This document shows, piece after piece, positions 12,801 to 23,059 of a DNA stretch of 64,000 nucleotides (the first letter of the stretch is position 1; the number at the start of each line of letters is the position of its first letter). The notes under the pieces were generated by a model, which saw only the letters and a list, made by a program, of their open reading frames with translations, was not told the origin of the DNA and did no database searches. Location: positions 2,124 to 66,123 of the forward strand of contig CAZAFL010000002.1 of NCBI GenBank assembly GCA_964484465.1. The letters run 5' to 3'. Position numbers and translations under genes: made by a program. This stretch comes from an uncultured Chlorobiaceae bacterium (GTDB lineage: Bacteria; Bacteroidota; Ignavibacteria; UBA10030; SZUA-254).

Positions 12801-14012
12801 ATGGCAAAAGAAAAATTCACACGAGATAAACCGCACATCAATGTCGGCACGATCGGACACATTGACCACGGCAAGACCACTCTTACTGCGGCAATTACAA
12901 TGGTTCTCAGCAAGAAAGGCTTGTCTTCCGTTCGTACATTCGATAGCATCGACAACGCCCCCGAAGAACGCGAACGCGGTATTACTATCGCAGTCGCACA
13001 TGTCGAATATGCTACAGAAAAACGGCATTATGCTCACGTCGATTGCCCGGGCCATGCGGATTATATTAAGAACATGATCACCGGTGCGGCACAAATGGAC
13101 GGCGCAATTCTCGTTGTTGCCGCTAATGACGGACCAATGCCCCAGACCCGTGAACATATTCTCCTTGCACGACAAGTGGGCGTGCCCCGCATTGTCGTCT
13201 TCATGAATAAGGTTGACATGGTGGATGATCCTGAACTTATTGAATTGGTTGAAATGGAAATGCGTGATTTATTGAAAAAGTATGATTTCCCGGGTGACGA
13301 GATCCCCATTATTCGTGGGAGTGCTTTGAAGGCGATGGAACGCGCATTGGCAGCTGATTCGAAACCGGATGACCCGGCATTTAAGTGTATTTACGAGCTC
13401 ATGAACGCAGTCGACACGTATGTACCGCTGCCGAAACGTGACATTGACAAGCCATTCTTGATGCCTGTCGAAGATGTGTTTTCGATTACGGGTCGCGGAA
13501 CCGTCGGAACCGGTCGCGTCGAACGAGGAAAAGCTAAGGTCGGTGACGAAGTGGAAGTTATCGGGCTTGGTGCTCACAAGAAAACGGTTATTACCGGTGC
13601 AGAAATGTTCCGCAAAGAACTCGATGAAGTCCAGGCAGGTGACAATGCTGGAATGTTGCTCCGCGGTGTGGAAAAGAATGAACTCGAGAGAGGTATGGTT
13701 ATTGCCAAACCCGGAAGTATTACCCCGCATAAGAAGTTCACGGCTCAGGTGTACGTGTTGAAGAAGGAAGAGGGTGGACGCCATACGCCGTTCTTTACAG
13801 GGTATCGGCCGCAGTTCTATTTCCGTACGACGGATGTCACCGGTGTTGCAACGCTCCCCGGTGGTACAGAGATGGTTATGCCTGGCGACAACGTTGATAA
13901 CATGTCGGTTGAATTGATTACAACGATTGCTATGGAAGAGGGCCTCCGGTTTGCTATTCGTGAAGGCGGGCATACAGTTGGCGCAGGTGTTGTTACGAAA
14001 ATTATTGAATAA
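12801..14012 (+). CDS. tuf: Elongation factor Tu
   Basis: 403 aa; [26 protein letters not shown] motifs; between fusA and rpsJ. Confidence 0.96.
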   Translation: MAKEKFTRDKPHINVGTIGHIDHGKTTLTAAITMVLSKKGLSSVRTFDSIDNAPEERERGITIAVAHVEYATEKRHYAHVDCPGHADYIKNMITGAAQMDGAILVVAANDGPMPQTREHILLARQVGVPRIVVFMNKVDMVDDPELIELVEMEMRDLLKKYDFPGDEIPIIRGSALKAMERALAADSKPDDPAFKCIYELMNAVDTYVPLPKRDIDKPFLMPVEDVFSITGRGTVGTGRVERGKAKVGDEVEVIGLGAHKKTVITGAEMFRKELDEVQAGDNAGMLLRGVEKNELERGMVIAKPGSITPHKKFTAQVYVLKKEEGGRHTPFFTGYRPQFYFRTTDVTGVATLPGGTEMVMPGDNVDNMSVELITTIAMEEGLRFAIREGGHTVGAGVVTKIIE

Positions 14013-14045
14013 GCTCAGAGTAAGCGAGAAAAAGGAACGCAGAGA

Positions 14046-14354
14046 GTGGCTGGGCAAAAAATACGTATAAAGCTGAAGTCGTACGATCATAACCTGATCG
14101 ATAAGTCGGCTGAGAAAATCATCAAGACAGTGAAGTCTACCGGGGCGATTGTCTCCGGACCAATTCCGTTGCCAACAAAACGCACGTTGTATACGGTTTT
14201 GCGTTCTCCAAATGTTGATAAGAAATCGCGTGAGCAGTTCGAAATGCGATCCCATAAGCGCCTAATTGACATTCTCAATTCGTCAAACAAGACGGTTGAT
14301 TCGTTAATGAAGCTAGAGCTTCCCGCGGGCGTCGATGTGGAGATAAAAGTCTAA
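14046..14354 (+). CDS. rpsJ: 30S ribosomal protein S10
   Basis: 102 aa, GTG start; [18 protein letters not shown]...GPIPLPTK conserved S10. Confidence 0.94.
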   Translation: MAGQKIRIKLKSYDHNLIDKSAEKIIKTVKSTGAIVSGPIPLPTKRTLYTVLRSPNVDKKSREQFEMRSHKRLIDILNSSNKTVDSLMKLELPAGVDVEIKV

Positions 14355-14443
14355 GACTTTTTCCTCTTAATGTAGTGTCGTGACATCCTTACCCTGTTAA
14401 GGGATGAGGAAGATGAATATTTATTTGGTGAATAACGAAGATC

Positions 14444-15070
14444 ATGACAGGAATACTCGGTAAAAAAATCGGCATGACAAGCATCTTCGATGAGAAGGGT
14501 GAGTCTGTACCCTGCACAGTCATTGAAGCGGGACCATGCTACATCACTCAAATCAAAACGAAGGAGCGAGACGGATACGAAGCTCTCCAGGTAGGTTTTG
14601 ATGCGAAAAAAGAACGACTTGTCAACAAGCCGACGGCAGGACATTATGCAAAAGCGAAGGTTTCGCCGCGGCGCATTCTCCGCGAATTTAGTGTTATGGA
14701 TATACAAAAATTTGAGGTGGGCGCGGAAATTAAAGTCGATACGATTTTTGCAAAAGGAGATATCGTTTCTGTTGCAGGCACCTCGAAAGGTCATGGATTC
14801 CAGGGCGTCGTCAAGCGGCACCATTTTGGCGGGGGTTACCGGACACACGGCCAGAGCGATCGCGAACGCGCTCCCGGTTCTGTCGGTTCGAGTTCATACC
14901 CCTCGCGCGTGTTTAAAGGAATGCTGATGGCTGGCCGGATGGGCGGCGAGAGAGTAACAGTAAAAAATCTCCGTGTTGTTCAGGTCATCGCTGAATCGAA
15001 TATCATTCTTATCCGCGGTTCAGTTCCCGGACATATCAATAGTTACGTTGAGATTCACAAAGAACGGTAA
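14444..15070 (+). CDS. rplC: 50S ribosomal protein L3
   Basis: 208 aa; [17 protein letters not shown]...[16 protein letters not shown] conserved L3. Confidence 0.95.
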   Translation: MTGILGKKIGMTSIFDEKGESVPCTVIEAGPCYITQIKTKERDGYEALQVGFDAKKERLVNKPTAGHYAKAKVSPRRILREFSVMDIQKFEVGAEIKVDTIFAKGDIVSVAGTSKGHGFQGVVKRHHFGGGYRTHGQSDRERAPGSVGSSSYPSRVFKGMLMAGRMGGERVTVKNLRVVQVIAESNIILIRGSVPGHINSYVEIHKER

Positions 15071-15082
15071 ATTTTTTAGACC

Positions 15083-15712
15083 ATGGAACTCGAAATTTAC
15101 AAAAAAGACGGAACCCCAAGCGGCAAAAAAGTAACACTCTCTCCAGCTGTCTTTGAGATTCAGCCGAACGACCATGCCATCTACGAGGCAGTGACGTCCT
15201 ATCTCGGCAATCAACGCCAGGGAACGCATAAGACGAAAACATATGGTGAAGTGAGCGGCAGCGGTAAGAAGTTATGGAAACAAAAACATACCGGGCGTGC
15301 GAGAATAGGTGCTGTGCGCTCGCCACTTTGGAAAGGCGGCGGAACAATCTTTGGCCCGATGCCGAGGGATTATTCGAGAAAGCTCCCGAAACGCGTCAGG
15401 CAGCTTGCGCGCAAATCCGCCCTCAGCTACAAGGCAAAAGACGCGGCTATTAAAGTTGTAGAAGATTTTACACTCGATGGGCCCAAAACAAAGGAAATGG
15501 CTTCGATTCTTAAGGCACTTGACCTTGCAGGCAAAAAGACATTGTTATTGGTTTCCCAGACCGACCAGTCATTATTCAAATCCGGTCGCAATATTCCGAA
15601 ACTGAATGTCCTCGAAGCCTCAAAAGCTTCAACATATGAAATTCTCAATAACCAAATACTGCTTATTCAGCAAGGTGCTGTTGAGGTGTTGGAAAAGAAT
15701 TTGAACGGATAA
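15083..15712 (+). CDS. rplD: 50S ribosomal protein L4
   Basis: 209 aa; position after rplC; KHTGRARIGAVRSPLWKGGGTIFGP motif. Confidence 0.93.
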   Translation: MELEIYKKDGTPSGKKVTLSPAVFEIQPNDHAIYEAVTSYLGNQRQGTHKTKTYGEVSGSGKKLWKQKHTGRARIGAVRSPLWKGGGTIFGPMPRDYSRKLPKRVRQLARKSALSYKAKDAAIKVVEDFTLDGPKTKEMASILKALDLAGKKTLLLVSQTDQSLFKSGRNIPKLNVLEASKASTYEILNNQILLIQQGAVEVLEKNLNG

Positions 15713-15715
15713 TAT

Positions 15716-16006
15716 ATGACAGGAATAATTTATCGCCCGCTTGTTACAGAAAAGATGACCAAGTTCCAGGAGAAAGGTCTGTATGCGTTTGAGGTAGACT
15801 GGCGCGCGAATAAGATCGATATTGCGCGTGCGATCGAAAAGAAATTCAACGTCACTGTTGAGAACGTTCGTACGATGAACTACAAGGGTAAAACGAAATC
15901 GCAGATGACGCGTCGCGGTAAATTTACAGGAGTGACATCTCATTTCAAAAAAGCAATAGTGACCCTGAAAGAAGGGGATAAAATCGACTTGTTTGAAAAC
16001 GTTTAA
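15716..16006 (+). CDS. rplW: 50S ribosomal protein L23
   Basis: 96 aa; conserved L23 pattern and position between rplD and rplB. Confidence 0.92.
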   Translation: MTGIIYRPLVTEKMTKFQEKGLYAFEVDWRANKIDIARAIEKKFNVTVENVRTMNYKGKTKSQMTRRGKFTGVTSHFKKAIVTLKEGDKIDLFENV

Positions 16007-16032
16007 CGTTGAACGATTGAGCATATTATCTT

Positions 16033-16860
16033 ATGGCAATACGTAATCTGAAACCAAAAACCCCGGGGACACGATGGATGACGCTTCCGACCTTCGAAGA
16101 GATTACGAAGTCGAGGCCCGAGAAGTCCCTTCTGGAGCCGCTTCGTAAGAGCGGCGGACGCAACACGAACGGACATATTACGTCGCGGCACCGCGGTGGC
16201 GGTCATAAACGATTTTATCGCATTATCGATTTTAAGCGGCAAAAATTTGGCGTAAACGCTGAAGTGATTGCAATCGAATATGACCCGAATCGTTCAGCCC
16301 GTATCGCTCTCATTCAATACGTCGATGGAGAGAAGAATTACATTATAGCTCCCGACGGATTAAAAGTGGGTGAAGTGATTTCGTCAGGACCGCAGGCAGA
16401 AATAAAAGTCGGGAACTCAATGCCCCTTGCCAATATTCCTGTTGGAACGTTTGTGCACAACGTTGAGCTTCTCGCCGGTAAAGGTGGCCAGATCGCGCGA
16501 AGTGCAGGCTGCTCCATCCAGATGATGGCAAAGGAGGGAAAATTCGCCCAATTGCGGATGCCATCAGGCGAAATTCGAAACGTTCCGCAAAACTGTTACG
16601 CGACTATAGGTGTTGTTAGTAACCCGGACCATGAGAATATCAGCGTAGGCAAAGCTGGTCGCTCACGATGGCTTGGCATTCGCCCGCAGTCTCGCGGCGT
16701 TGTACAAAACCCGGTTGACCATCCGCACGGCGGCGGCGAAGGTAAATCGCCTCAGGGGAATCCACATCCTGTTTCACCGTGGGGATGGCATACGAAGGGG
16801 AAGAAAACTCGGCACCATAAACTTCGGTCAAATAAATATATTGTCAAGCGCAGGAAATAA
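16033..16860 (+). CDS. rplB: 50S ribosomal protein L2
   Basis: 275 aa; [28 protein letters not shown] motifs. Confidence 0.96.
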   Translation: MAIRNLKPKTPGTRWMTLPTFEEITKSRPEKSLLEPLRKSGGRNTNGHITSRHRGGGHKRFYRIIDFKRQKFGVNAEVIAIEYDPNRSARIALIQYVDGEKNYIIAPDGLKVGEVISSGPQAEIKVGNSMPLANIPVGTFVHNVELLAGKGGQIARSAGCSIQMMAKEGKFAQLRMPSGEIRNVPQNCYATIGVVSNPDHENISVGKAGRSRWLGIRPQSRGVVQNPVDHPHGGGEGKSPQGNPHPVSPWGWHTKGKKTRHHKLRSNKYIVKRRK

Positions 16861-16883
16861 TTTAGGAATTAACGTATAAACTT

Positions 16884-17174
16884 ATGTCTCGTTCGTTAAA
16901 AAAAGGTCCGCATATCGATTCAAAACTTCTCGCCAGAATAGAAGCGATGACGAAAAGCGGTCAGAAGAAAGTAATTAAAACGTGGTCACGAACTTCCACG
17001 ATAACTCCTGATTTTGTCGGACACACACTGGCAGTGCACAACGGCAATAAATTTATTCCGGTCTTTGTGCATGAAGGAATGGTGGGACATAAATTAGGAG
17101 AGTTTGCCCCGACGCGCATTTTCCGCGCTCATCCCGGGTTGAAATCTGAAACAACTACAACACCGGAAGGATGA
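16884..17174 (+). CDS. rpsS: 30S ribosomal protein S19
   Basis: 96 aa; [16 protein letters not shown]...[17 protein letters not shown] conserved. Confidence 0.95.
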   Translation: MSRSLKKGPHIDSKLLARIEAMTKSGQKKVIKTWSRTSTITPDFVGHTLAVHNGNKFIPVFVHEGMVGHKLGEFAPTRIFRAHPGLKSETTTTPEG

Positions 17175-17178
17175 TGGC

Positions 17179-17622
17179 ATGTTAGAAGCACGAGCGATCA
17201 ACCGATATATCAATTCATCACCACGTAAAATGCAGCTGGTTATCGACCTTATACGCGGGAAGTCCGTTGATGAAGCATTAACGGTGTTGCATTTTTCACC
17301 GAAGCATTCATCGAAAGTTGCAGAAAAAACACTTCGCTCTGCTGTCTCGAATCTGCAAAATAAAGATGAAGCTGGTCGCGTGGAAATTGACACGCTGTAC
17401 GTGAAAGAGGCTTTTGTAAACGGTGGGCCTGGGATGAAGCGGATGCTTCCTGCACCGATGGGTAGGGCATACCGTATTGTGAAACGGTCCAACCATTTAA
17501 CAATCGTTGTCGCTCAAAAGGAACAGAAACCGAAGAGAATAGCGACCACAAAAGTAAAAGAGAGTACTGCGACAAAAGTAAAAGAAGTCACCAAAGAACA
17601 AAAAGACCGAAAACAGGAATAG
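17179..17622 (+). CDS. rplV: 50S ribosomal protein L22 (with Lys-rich C-terminal extension)
   Basis: 147 aa; L22 core (SPRKMQLVIDLIRGKSVDEAL) plus ~35 aa KEQKPKR...KDRKQE tail. Confidence 0.93.
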   Translation: MLEARAINRYINSSPRKMQLVIDLIRGKSVDEALTVLHFSPKHSSKVAEKTLRSAVSNLQNKDEAGRVEIDTLYVKEAFVNGGPGMKRMLPAPMGRAYRIVKRSNHLTIVVAQKEQKPKRIATTKVKESTATKVKEVTKEQKDRKQE

Positions 17623-17630
17623 GAGATCGT

Positions 17631-18269
17631 TTGGGCCAGAAAGTACATCCAATTGGTTTTCGTATCGGAGTCCTGAGAACATGGGATTCAAATTGGTACG
17701 ATGAAAAAGATTTTGCGGGGAAACTTCAGGAGGATCAGAAGATTCGGAACTATATTTATAACCGCCTTAAGAAAGCGGGCATTTCCAGAATTTTGATCGA
17801 CAGGACTCCAAAGCGTGCAGTGGTAACAATCCATACTTCGCGCCCTGGGATAGTTATCGGCCGCAGCGGAAAAGAAATTACCCAGCTTGAAGAAGAGCTC
17901 AAGAAAATCACCAATAAAGAAGTCAAAATTCTTATACACGAAATCAAACGTCCAGAACTCGATGCATATCTTCTCGCTGAAAATATTGCAGGTCAGCTTG
18001 AAGGAAGAATCTCATTCCGCCGTGCTATGAAAACGAGTATCACATCGGCGATGCGCATGGGAGCAGAGGGCGTTCGCGTGATGTGCGGAGGAAGACTTGG
18101 CGGCGCTGAAATCGCAAGGTCAGAGCAGTACAAAGAAGGAAGAATACCGTTACACACACTCCGTGCGGATATTGATTATGCCCGCGGAACAGCAATGACG
18201 ATCTATGGAACGATCGGCGTCAAAGTGTGGATTTGTCGGGGTGAAGTTTTGGACAGGTCAACAAAATAA
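17631..18269 (+). CDS. rpsC: 30S ribosomal protein S3
   Basis: 212 aa, TTG start; MGQKVHPIGFRIG... KH and S3-C domains. Confidence 0.95.
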   Translation: MGQKVHPIGFRIGVLRTWDSNWYDEKDFAGKLQEDQKIRNYIYNRLKKAGISRILIDRTPKRAVVTIHTSRPGIVIGRSGKEITQLEEELKKITNKEVKILIHEIKRPELDAYLLAENIAGQLEGRISFRRAMKTSITSAMRMGAEGVRVMCGGRLGGAEIARSEQYKEGRIPLHTLRADIDYARGTAMTIYGTIGVKVWICRGEVLDRSTK

Positions 18270-18290
18270 TATTATCACTGATTTACAGCA

Positions 18291-18713
18291 ATGTTATTAC
18301 CAAAACGAGTAAAATACAGAAAAGCTCAACGCGGAAGGATGAAGGGGAAAGCGACACGCGGCGCCAGTGTATCATTCGGTGATTTTGGACTGAAGGCGCT
18401 CGAACCGGGTTGGATCACCCAGCGGCAGATTGAAGCCGCGCGTGTTGCGCTGACCCGTTTGATGAAGCGCGAAGGCAAAGTCTGGATCCGGATTTTTCCG
18501 AGTAAACCGGTGACAAAGAAACCTGCGGAAACCCGTATGGGAAGCGGAAAAGGCGTCCCGGAATTCTGGGTGGCACCCGTGAAGCCGGGAACAATCATGT
18601 TCGAGCTGGGTGGAATTAAACGGATTATCGCCGTCGAAGCAATGGACCTTGCGGCACATAAACTACCGATAAAGACTCGCATGGTCACCAGACCCGATTA
18701 TGAAGGCGGATAG
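18291..18713 (+). CDS. rplP: 50S ribosomal protein L16
   Basis: 140 aa; [19 protein letters not shown] conserved L16 N-terminus. Confidence 0.95.
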   Translation: MLLPKRVKYRKAQRGRMKGKATRGASVSFGDFGLKALEPGWITQRQIEAARVALTRLMKREGKVWIRIFPSKPVTKKPAETRMGSGKGVPEFWVAPVKPGTIMFELGGIKRIIAVEAMDLAAHKLPIKTRMVTRPDYEGG

Positions 18714-18730
18714 GACAGGGAAGCGGAACG

Positions 18731-18961
18731 ATGAAAATATTTGAAATTCGAGAAATACCCGAACAGGAACTTCGTAAGCGTATCAGAGACGAAGAAGAGA
18801 ATCTTGCACACCTGAAATTCCAGAAGGCGACGAGTCAATTGGAAAGTCCGATCAAGATTAGAATCGTCCGTCGCGATATTGCAAAAATGAAAACAGTCTT
18901 ACGCGAGTACGAGCTCAAAAAAGAGCGGACGGCGAGCGGTACGGCAACGACAGAGAAATAA
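18731..18961 (+). CDS. rpmC: 50S ribosomal protein L29
   Basis: 76 aa; helical L29 pattern, position between rplP and rpsQ. Confidence 0.88.
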   Translation: MKIFEIREIPEQELRKRIRDEEENLAHLKFQKATSQLESPIKIRIVRRDIAKMKTVLREYELKKERTASGTATTEK

Positions 18962-18982
18962 CAAAAACTGATTGGCGTCTTA

Positions 18983-19243
18983 ATGAATACTCGATCAACA
19001 CAGCGCAAAATGAGAATCGGAAAAGTCGTGAGCAACAAAATGCAGAAAAGCATTGTGGTTGCGATCGAACGGCGTGTCCCTCACGCATTATACCAGAAGT
19101 ATTTTACGCGAACGACAAAGCTGATCGCTCACGATGAGCAGCAGCAGGCGGGTATTGGAGACCTTGTGAAGATCCTAGAAACGAGACCGCTGAGTAAACG
19201 CAAGCGCTGGCGGTTGGTTGAGATCGTGGAAAAGGCAAAATAG
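18983..19243 (+). CDS. rpsQ: 30S ribosomal protein S17
   Basis: 86 aa; [21 protein letters not shown]-fold S17 pattern. Confidence 0.92.
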   Translation: MNTRSTQRKMRIGKVVSNKMQKSIVVAIERRVPHALYQKYFTRTTKLIAHDEQQQAGIGDLVKILETRPLSKRKRWRLVEIVEKAK

Positions 19244-19261
19244 TCCGAGAGCGAATGAACT

Positions 19262-19630
19262 ATGATTCAGGAAGAGACTAATTTAGTAGTTGCGGATAAT
19301 TCGGGTGCAAAGAAAGTCCGGTGCATTCGTGTCCTTGGTGGTCATGACCGCAGATATGCTGGCGTTGGCGACCTGATTGTGGTATCGGTGAAGAGTGCTA
19401 TTCCCGGAGCGGGCGTGAAAAAGGGGGAAGTATCCCGTGCCGTCATTGTTAGGACGCAAAAAGAAACAAGGCGTAAAGACGGCTCGTTTATCCGTTTTGA
19501 TGAGAATGCAGCGGTACTGTTGAATGCCCAGGGAGAGCCGAGAGGAACCAGAATTTTCGGTCCGGTTGCACGTGAATTGCGTGACAAAAACTATATGAAA
19601 ATCATTTCACTCGCTCCTGAGGTGCTGTAA
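19262..19630 (+). CDS. rplN: 50S ribosomal protein L14
   Basis: 122 aa; [19 protein letters not shown] conserved L14. Confidence 0.95.
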   Translation: MIQEETNLVVADNSGAKKVRCIRVLGGHDRRYAGVGDLIVVSVKSAIPGAGVKKGEVSRAVIVRTQKETRRKDGSFIRFDENAAVLLNAQGEPRGTRIFGPVARELRDKNYMKIISLAPEVL

Positions 19631-19643
19631 GGAAAAGGATACT

Positions 19644-19967
19644 ATGAAGATCCACAAAAATGATAATGTCATCGTTATAGCAGGGAATGCACTCGGAAAA
19701 ACGGGCAAAGTGCTTAAAGTGTTTCGTGATGAACGCCGGGTGATTATCGAAGGGGTGAATATTATTAAACGACATACCCGTCCATCGGGAAAAAATCCCC
19801 AGGGCGGTATCGTCCAGAAAGAATCAACGATCAGTTTGTCGAATGTTATGGTCATCTGCCCGAAATGTAATGAACCTTCACGTGTCGGACGCAAACCCGT
19901 GACGGATTCTACGACGGGGAAAAAACATATGATGCGTATTTGTCGTAAGTGCGAGGAGATGTTTTAA
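19644..19967 (+). CDS. rplX: 50S ribosomal protein L24 (KOW domain) with C-terminal Cys4 zinc-ribbon-like motif
   Basis: 107 aa; N-terminal KOW ([18 protein letters not shown]); C-terminal CPKC-(24 aa)-CRKC. Confidence 0.92.
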   Translation: MKIHKNDNVIVIAGNALGKTGKVLKVFRDERRVIIEGVNIIKRHTRPSGKNPQGGIVQKESTISLSNVMVICPKCNEPSRVGRKPVTDSTTGKKHMMRICRKCEEMF

Positions 19968-19981
19968 AGGAAATATCATTC

Positions 19982-20632
19982 ATGGCAAAAGAGAAACCAC
20001 AGAAAGCAGAAAAAGGGGCAAAAGAGACGCCCAAAGTTGAACGGACGGAGAAAGAGGTTGTTGTTCCTCCCCGCCTTCATGAGTATTTCAAAAAAAGTAT
20101 TATCCCGAACCTCATGAAACGGTTCAACTACGCGAATGTTATGCAGGTTCCGAAAATCGAGAAAATTGCTATCAATGTCGGGTTGGGACAGGCAACACAG
20201 GATGCCAAACTGCTTGATGCTGTGGTGAAGGATTTGGAAACTATTGTTGCTCAAAAGGTGGTTATCACGCGCGCAAAAAAGGCTATCTCGAATTTTAAGC
20301 TGCGTCAGGGACTGCCGATTGGAGCGCGAGTAACACTTCGCAAGCACCATATGTACGAATTTATAGACCGGTTTATCAGTCTTGCGGTTCCACGCATCCG
20401 AGATTTTCGGGGATTTTCCGATAAGTCGTTTGACGGTAGAGGAAATTATACCATCGGAGTCAAAGAGCATATCATCTTCCCTGAGATTGACGTCGATAAG
20501 GTGACAAAAATTTTTGGGATGGATGTCAGTTTTATTACGACAGCAAATACCGACCAGGAGGCCTATGAACTCCTGAAAGAGTTTGGAATGCCGTTTGTAA
20601 AGCGTCAGGAAATCATCGAAGAGAACAAATAA
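19982..20632 (+). CDS. rplE: 50S ribosomal protein L5 (with ~30 aa Lys/Glu-rich N-terminal extension)
   Basis: ORF track starts at 19949 overlapping rplX; ATG at 19982 follows rplX stop with AAGGAAA SD. Conserved L5 core ([20 protein letters not shown]). Confidence 0.9.
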   Translation: MAKEKPQKAEKGAKETPKVERTEKEVVVPPRLHEYFKKSIIPNLMKRFNYANVMQVPKIEKIAINVGLGQATQDAKLLDAVVKDLETIVAQKVVITRAKKAISNFKLRQGLPIGARVTLRKHHMYEFIDRFISLAVPRIRDFRGFSDKSFDGRGNYTIGVKEHIIFPEIDVDKVTKIFGMDVSFITTANTDQEAYELLKEFGMPFVKRQEIIEENK

Positions 20633-20657
20633 CAGACGAGAACACAGGAGATTTCAA

Positions 20658-20843
20658 TTGGCACGATTAGCTATGGTTGTTAAGGCAAAGAGGACGCCTC
20701 GTTATCCGGTCCGAAAACACCACCGTTGCGGCTCGTGTGGCCGTCCGCGTGGGTATTTGCGCAAGTTCGGTATTTGCAGGATTTGTTTCCGGAAAATGGC
20801 TCTCGACGGAAAAATTCCCGGCGTTATTAAAGCGAGTTGGTAA
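20658..20843 (+). CDS. rpsN: 30S ribosomal protein S14, short zinc-binding (type Z) form
   Basis: 61 aa, TTG start; CGSCGRP...CRICFR CxxC-CxxC zinc ribbon typical of S14 type Z. Confidence 0.92.
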   Translation: MARLAMVVKAKRTPRYPVRKHHRCGSCGRPRGYLRKFGICRICFRKMALDGKIPGVIKASW

Positions 20844-20853
20844 GGAGAATCAA

Positions 20854-21249
20854 GTGAACAGCACAGACCCCATTGCAGATTATCTCACGCGTGTACGGAA
20901 TGCTATTCTTGCGCATCACAAGAAAGTTGATATTCCGGCGTCCGGTGTGAACCGAGAGATTTCAAGAATACTCTCTGAGCAAAAATTTATTAACGGGTAT
21001 ACTGAAATCAAGGATAATAAACAGGGCATTCTGCGTATCGCGCTGAAATATACTGACGGAAAAAGTGCGATCAATGGACTGAAGCGGACAAGTCGCCCGG
21101 GACTCCGCGTGTACTCTCCGGCGAAAAAGGTTCCGCGTGTACTGAATGGATTGGGCATCGCTCTTATTTCTACATCGAAAGGTATTATGACGGAGAGAGA
21201 CGCCCGCGAGCAAAATGTCGGCGGCGAAGTCCTCTGCGAAGTCTGGTAA
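20854..21249 (+). CDS. rpsH: 30S ribosomal protein S8
   Basis: Longer ORF (20677) overlaps rpsN out of frame; GTG at 20854 with AAGGAGAA SD gives MNSTDPIADYLTRVRNA..., the conserved S8 N-terminus; 131 aa. Confidence 0.9.
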   Translation: MNSTDPIADYLTRVRNAILAHHKKVDIPASGVNREISRILSEQKFINGYTEIKDNKQGILRIALKYTDGKSAINGLKRTSRPGLRVYSPAKKVPRVLNGLGIALISTSKGIMTERDAREQNVGGEVLCEVW

Positions 21250-21273
21250 CCTATTGAAATTAAGGAGTAACTA

Positions 21274-21831
21274 GTGTCGAGAATTGGCAAAAAACCCGTC
21301 CCCTATGCAAAAGGGGTAAAGGTAGAAAAAAAAGAAAACACCATTAAAATTTCGGGCCCTAAAGGTGAATTATCCGCCGTGGTTCCTCCGTCCATCGGTG
21401 TGGAATTGAAAGACGGAGAAATTATACTGCGTCGTTCAGCCGACGATAAAATTCAAAAAGCGCTTCACGGGACCTGGCGGGCATTGTTGAATAATATGGT
21501 CAAAGGTGTGACTGAAGGTTTTCAAAAGAGACTGGAAATTGTCGGTGTCGGATATAAGGCTGAGGTCAAAGGAAAAAAAATACAACTTGCGCTCGGGTAT
21601 TCACACCCGATTTTATTCCTTCCGCCGAACGGAATTAAGATTGAAATTCCACAGCCGACGAATATTGTTATTTCAGGAGTAGACAAGCAGCTGGTCGGAC
21701 AGGTAGCAGCAAAATTACGGTCGTTCCGTCCTCCAGAACCGTATAAAGGCAAAGGTGTGAAATACGAAGGTGAATATATCCGTCGCAAGGCTGGAAAAGC
21801 CGCTGCAACGGCCGGAGCAAAGGCAGGGTAA
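21274..21831 (+). CDS. rplF: 50S ribosomal protein L6
   Basis: 185 aa; MSRIGKKPV...two L6 alpha/beta domains. Confidence 0.94.
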   Translation: MSRIGKKPVPYAKGVKVEKKENTIKISGPKGELSAVVPPSIGVELKDGEIILRRSADDKIQKALHGTWRALLNNMVKGVTEGFQKRLEIVGVGYKAEVKGKKIQLALGYSHPILFLPPNGIKIEIPQPTNIVISGVDKQLVGQVAAKLRSFRPPEPYKGKGVKYEGEYIRRKAGKAAATAGAKAG

Positions 21832-21832
21832 C

Positions 21833-22201
21833 ATGATCAAGAAATCAAGAATACAACGAAGACTCAAGATAAAAACCCGCATCAAGAAAAAAATACGCGG
21901 AACAAGTGAACGGCCGCGCCTCATCGTGTACCGCAGCTTGAATCACCTCTATGCACAGGTTGTCGATGATATCCAAGGCAAAGTATTGACCTCTTCTTCA
22001 TCATTGGCAAAAGATGTGCGGGATGAACTGAAAACGGTCAAGGGAAAAAAGGATATTGCAAAAAAAGTCGGGTTGTCCGTGGCAAAGCGGACCATCGACT
22101 TGAACATTAAACGAGTAGTCTTCGACCGGAACGGATATCTTTACCATGGTACGGTGAAATCTCTTGCTGACGGTGCCCGCGAAGGGGGATTGGAATTCTA
22201 A
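21833..22201 (+). CDS. rplR: 50S ribosomal protein L18
   Basis: ATG at 21833 immediately after rplF stop; MIKKSRIQRRLKIKTRIKKKI...RPRLIVYRSLNHLYAQVVDD conserved L18; 122 aa. Confidence 0.9.
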   Translation: MIKKSRIQRRLKIKTRIKKKIRGTSERPRLIVYRSLNHLYAQVVDDIQGKVLTSSSSLAKDVRDELKTVKGKKDIAKKVGLSVAKRTIDLNIKRVVFDRNGYLYHGTVKSLADGAREGGLEF

Positions 22202-22228
22202 ATGTTGTACATGATGCCGGAACATTCT

Positions 22229-22299
22229 TGCCGGGTCGTCTAATGGCAGGACAGCGGCCTTTGGAGCCGTCAGTGGAGGTTCGAATCCTCCCCCGGCAG
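22229..22299 (+). tRNA. tRNA-Gln (anticodon UUG) embedded between rplR and rpsE; CCA not encoded
   Basis: Manual cloverleaf: acceptor TGCCGGG/CCCGGCA (U1-A72), D-arm GTCT-AATGGCA-GGAC, anticodon stem GCGGC/GCCGT with loop CTTTGGA (anticodon TTG), variable CAGT, T-arm GGAGG-TTCGAAT-CCTCC, discriminator G73. U1:A72 + G73 are Gln identity hallmarks. Confidence 0.75.
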
Positions 22300-22332
22300 C
22301 GAATTAAGAAATCACATTCTGGAGTGTAAACA

Positions 22333-22857
22333 GTGAGTAGAATTAAAGCAGGTGAATTAGACCTAAAAGATAAACTCGTTAACATCAACCGTGTTGCGAA
22401 GGTCGTCAAGGGCGGAAGGCGATTTAGCTTTAGCGCAATTGTGGTGGTGGGCGACGGTAATGGACATGTCGGTATCGGACTTGGGAAAGCAAATGAAGTT
22501 CAGGATGCTATTTCCAAGGGTGTCGACGACGCAAAGAAGAATGTCGTCAAAGTGCAGTTATTGGAGGGGACGATTCCTCATCCGATATACTCCAAGTATG
22601 GCGCTTCGAAAGTTCTGCTTAAGCCCGCTTCTCCCGGGACCGGCCTTATTGCCGGCGGCGGCGTCCGCGCTGTTTTGGAATCAGCCGGGGTAAAGGATGT
22701 ATTGACAAAATCGATCGGTTCTTCGAACCCGCATAATGTCGTAAAAGCAACGTTGAATGCATTGTTGAGTTTGTCAGACCCGCAAGCTGTCGCTCAGCGT
22801 CGCGGTATATCGGTGCAGGAATTATTCGGACCCAGGCAAGCTGCATCTTCGAATTAA
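22333..22857 (+). CDS. rpsE: 30S ribosomal protein S5
   Basis: 174 aa, GTG start; [34 protein letters not shown] conserved S5. Confidence 0.95.
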   Translation: MSRIKAGELDLKDKLVNINRVAKVVKGGRRFSFSAIVVVGDGNGHVGIGLGKANEVQDAISKGVDDAKKNVVKVQLLEGTIPHPIYSKYGASKVLLKPASPGTGLIAGGGVRAVLESAGVKDVLTKSIGSSNPHNVVKATLNALLSLSDPQAVAQRRGISVQELFGPRQAASSN

Positions 22858-22868
22858 ATGATCGAACC

Positions 22869-23054
22869 ATGACAAAGAAAATTAAAATCACACAGGTTGT
22901 CAGCCAAATCCATTGTCTCAAAGCGCACAAGAGAACTATCGAGGCGCTTGGATTGGGCAGGCCAAATTATTCAGTCGTCAAAAATGATTCACCCCAGATT
23001 CGCGGGATGATCGATACCGTGAGACATCTTGTCAAAGTGGAAGAGGTGAAATAA
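22869..23054 (+). CDS. rpmD: 50S ribosomal protein L30
   Basis: 61 aa; KIKITQVVSQIH...TIEALGL pattern, position after rpsE. Confidence 0.9.
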   Translation: MTKKIKITQVVSQIHCLKAHKRTIEALGLGRPNYSVVKNDSPQIRGMIDTVRHLVKVEEVK

Positions 23055-23059
23055 CAGCC

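Noticed and set aside
20677-20853. Long N-terminal extension of the S8 ORF in the track
   Set aside because: The extension overlaps rpsN in another frame and does not resemble S8. GTG at 20854 with a strong SD yields the conserved MNSTDPIAD... N-terminus.
22107-22409. 100-aa minus-strand ORF spanning the rplR-rpsE spacer
   Set aside because: It overlaps the tRNA-Gln cloverleaf and the rpsE start on the opposite strand, and its Arg/Ser/Cys-rich translation has no similarity; the tRNA explains the spacer better.
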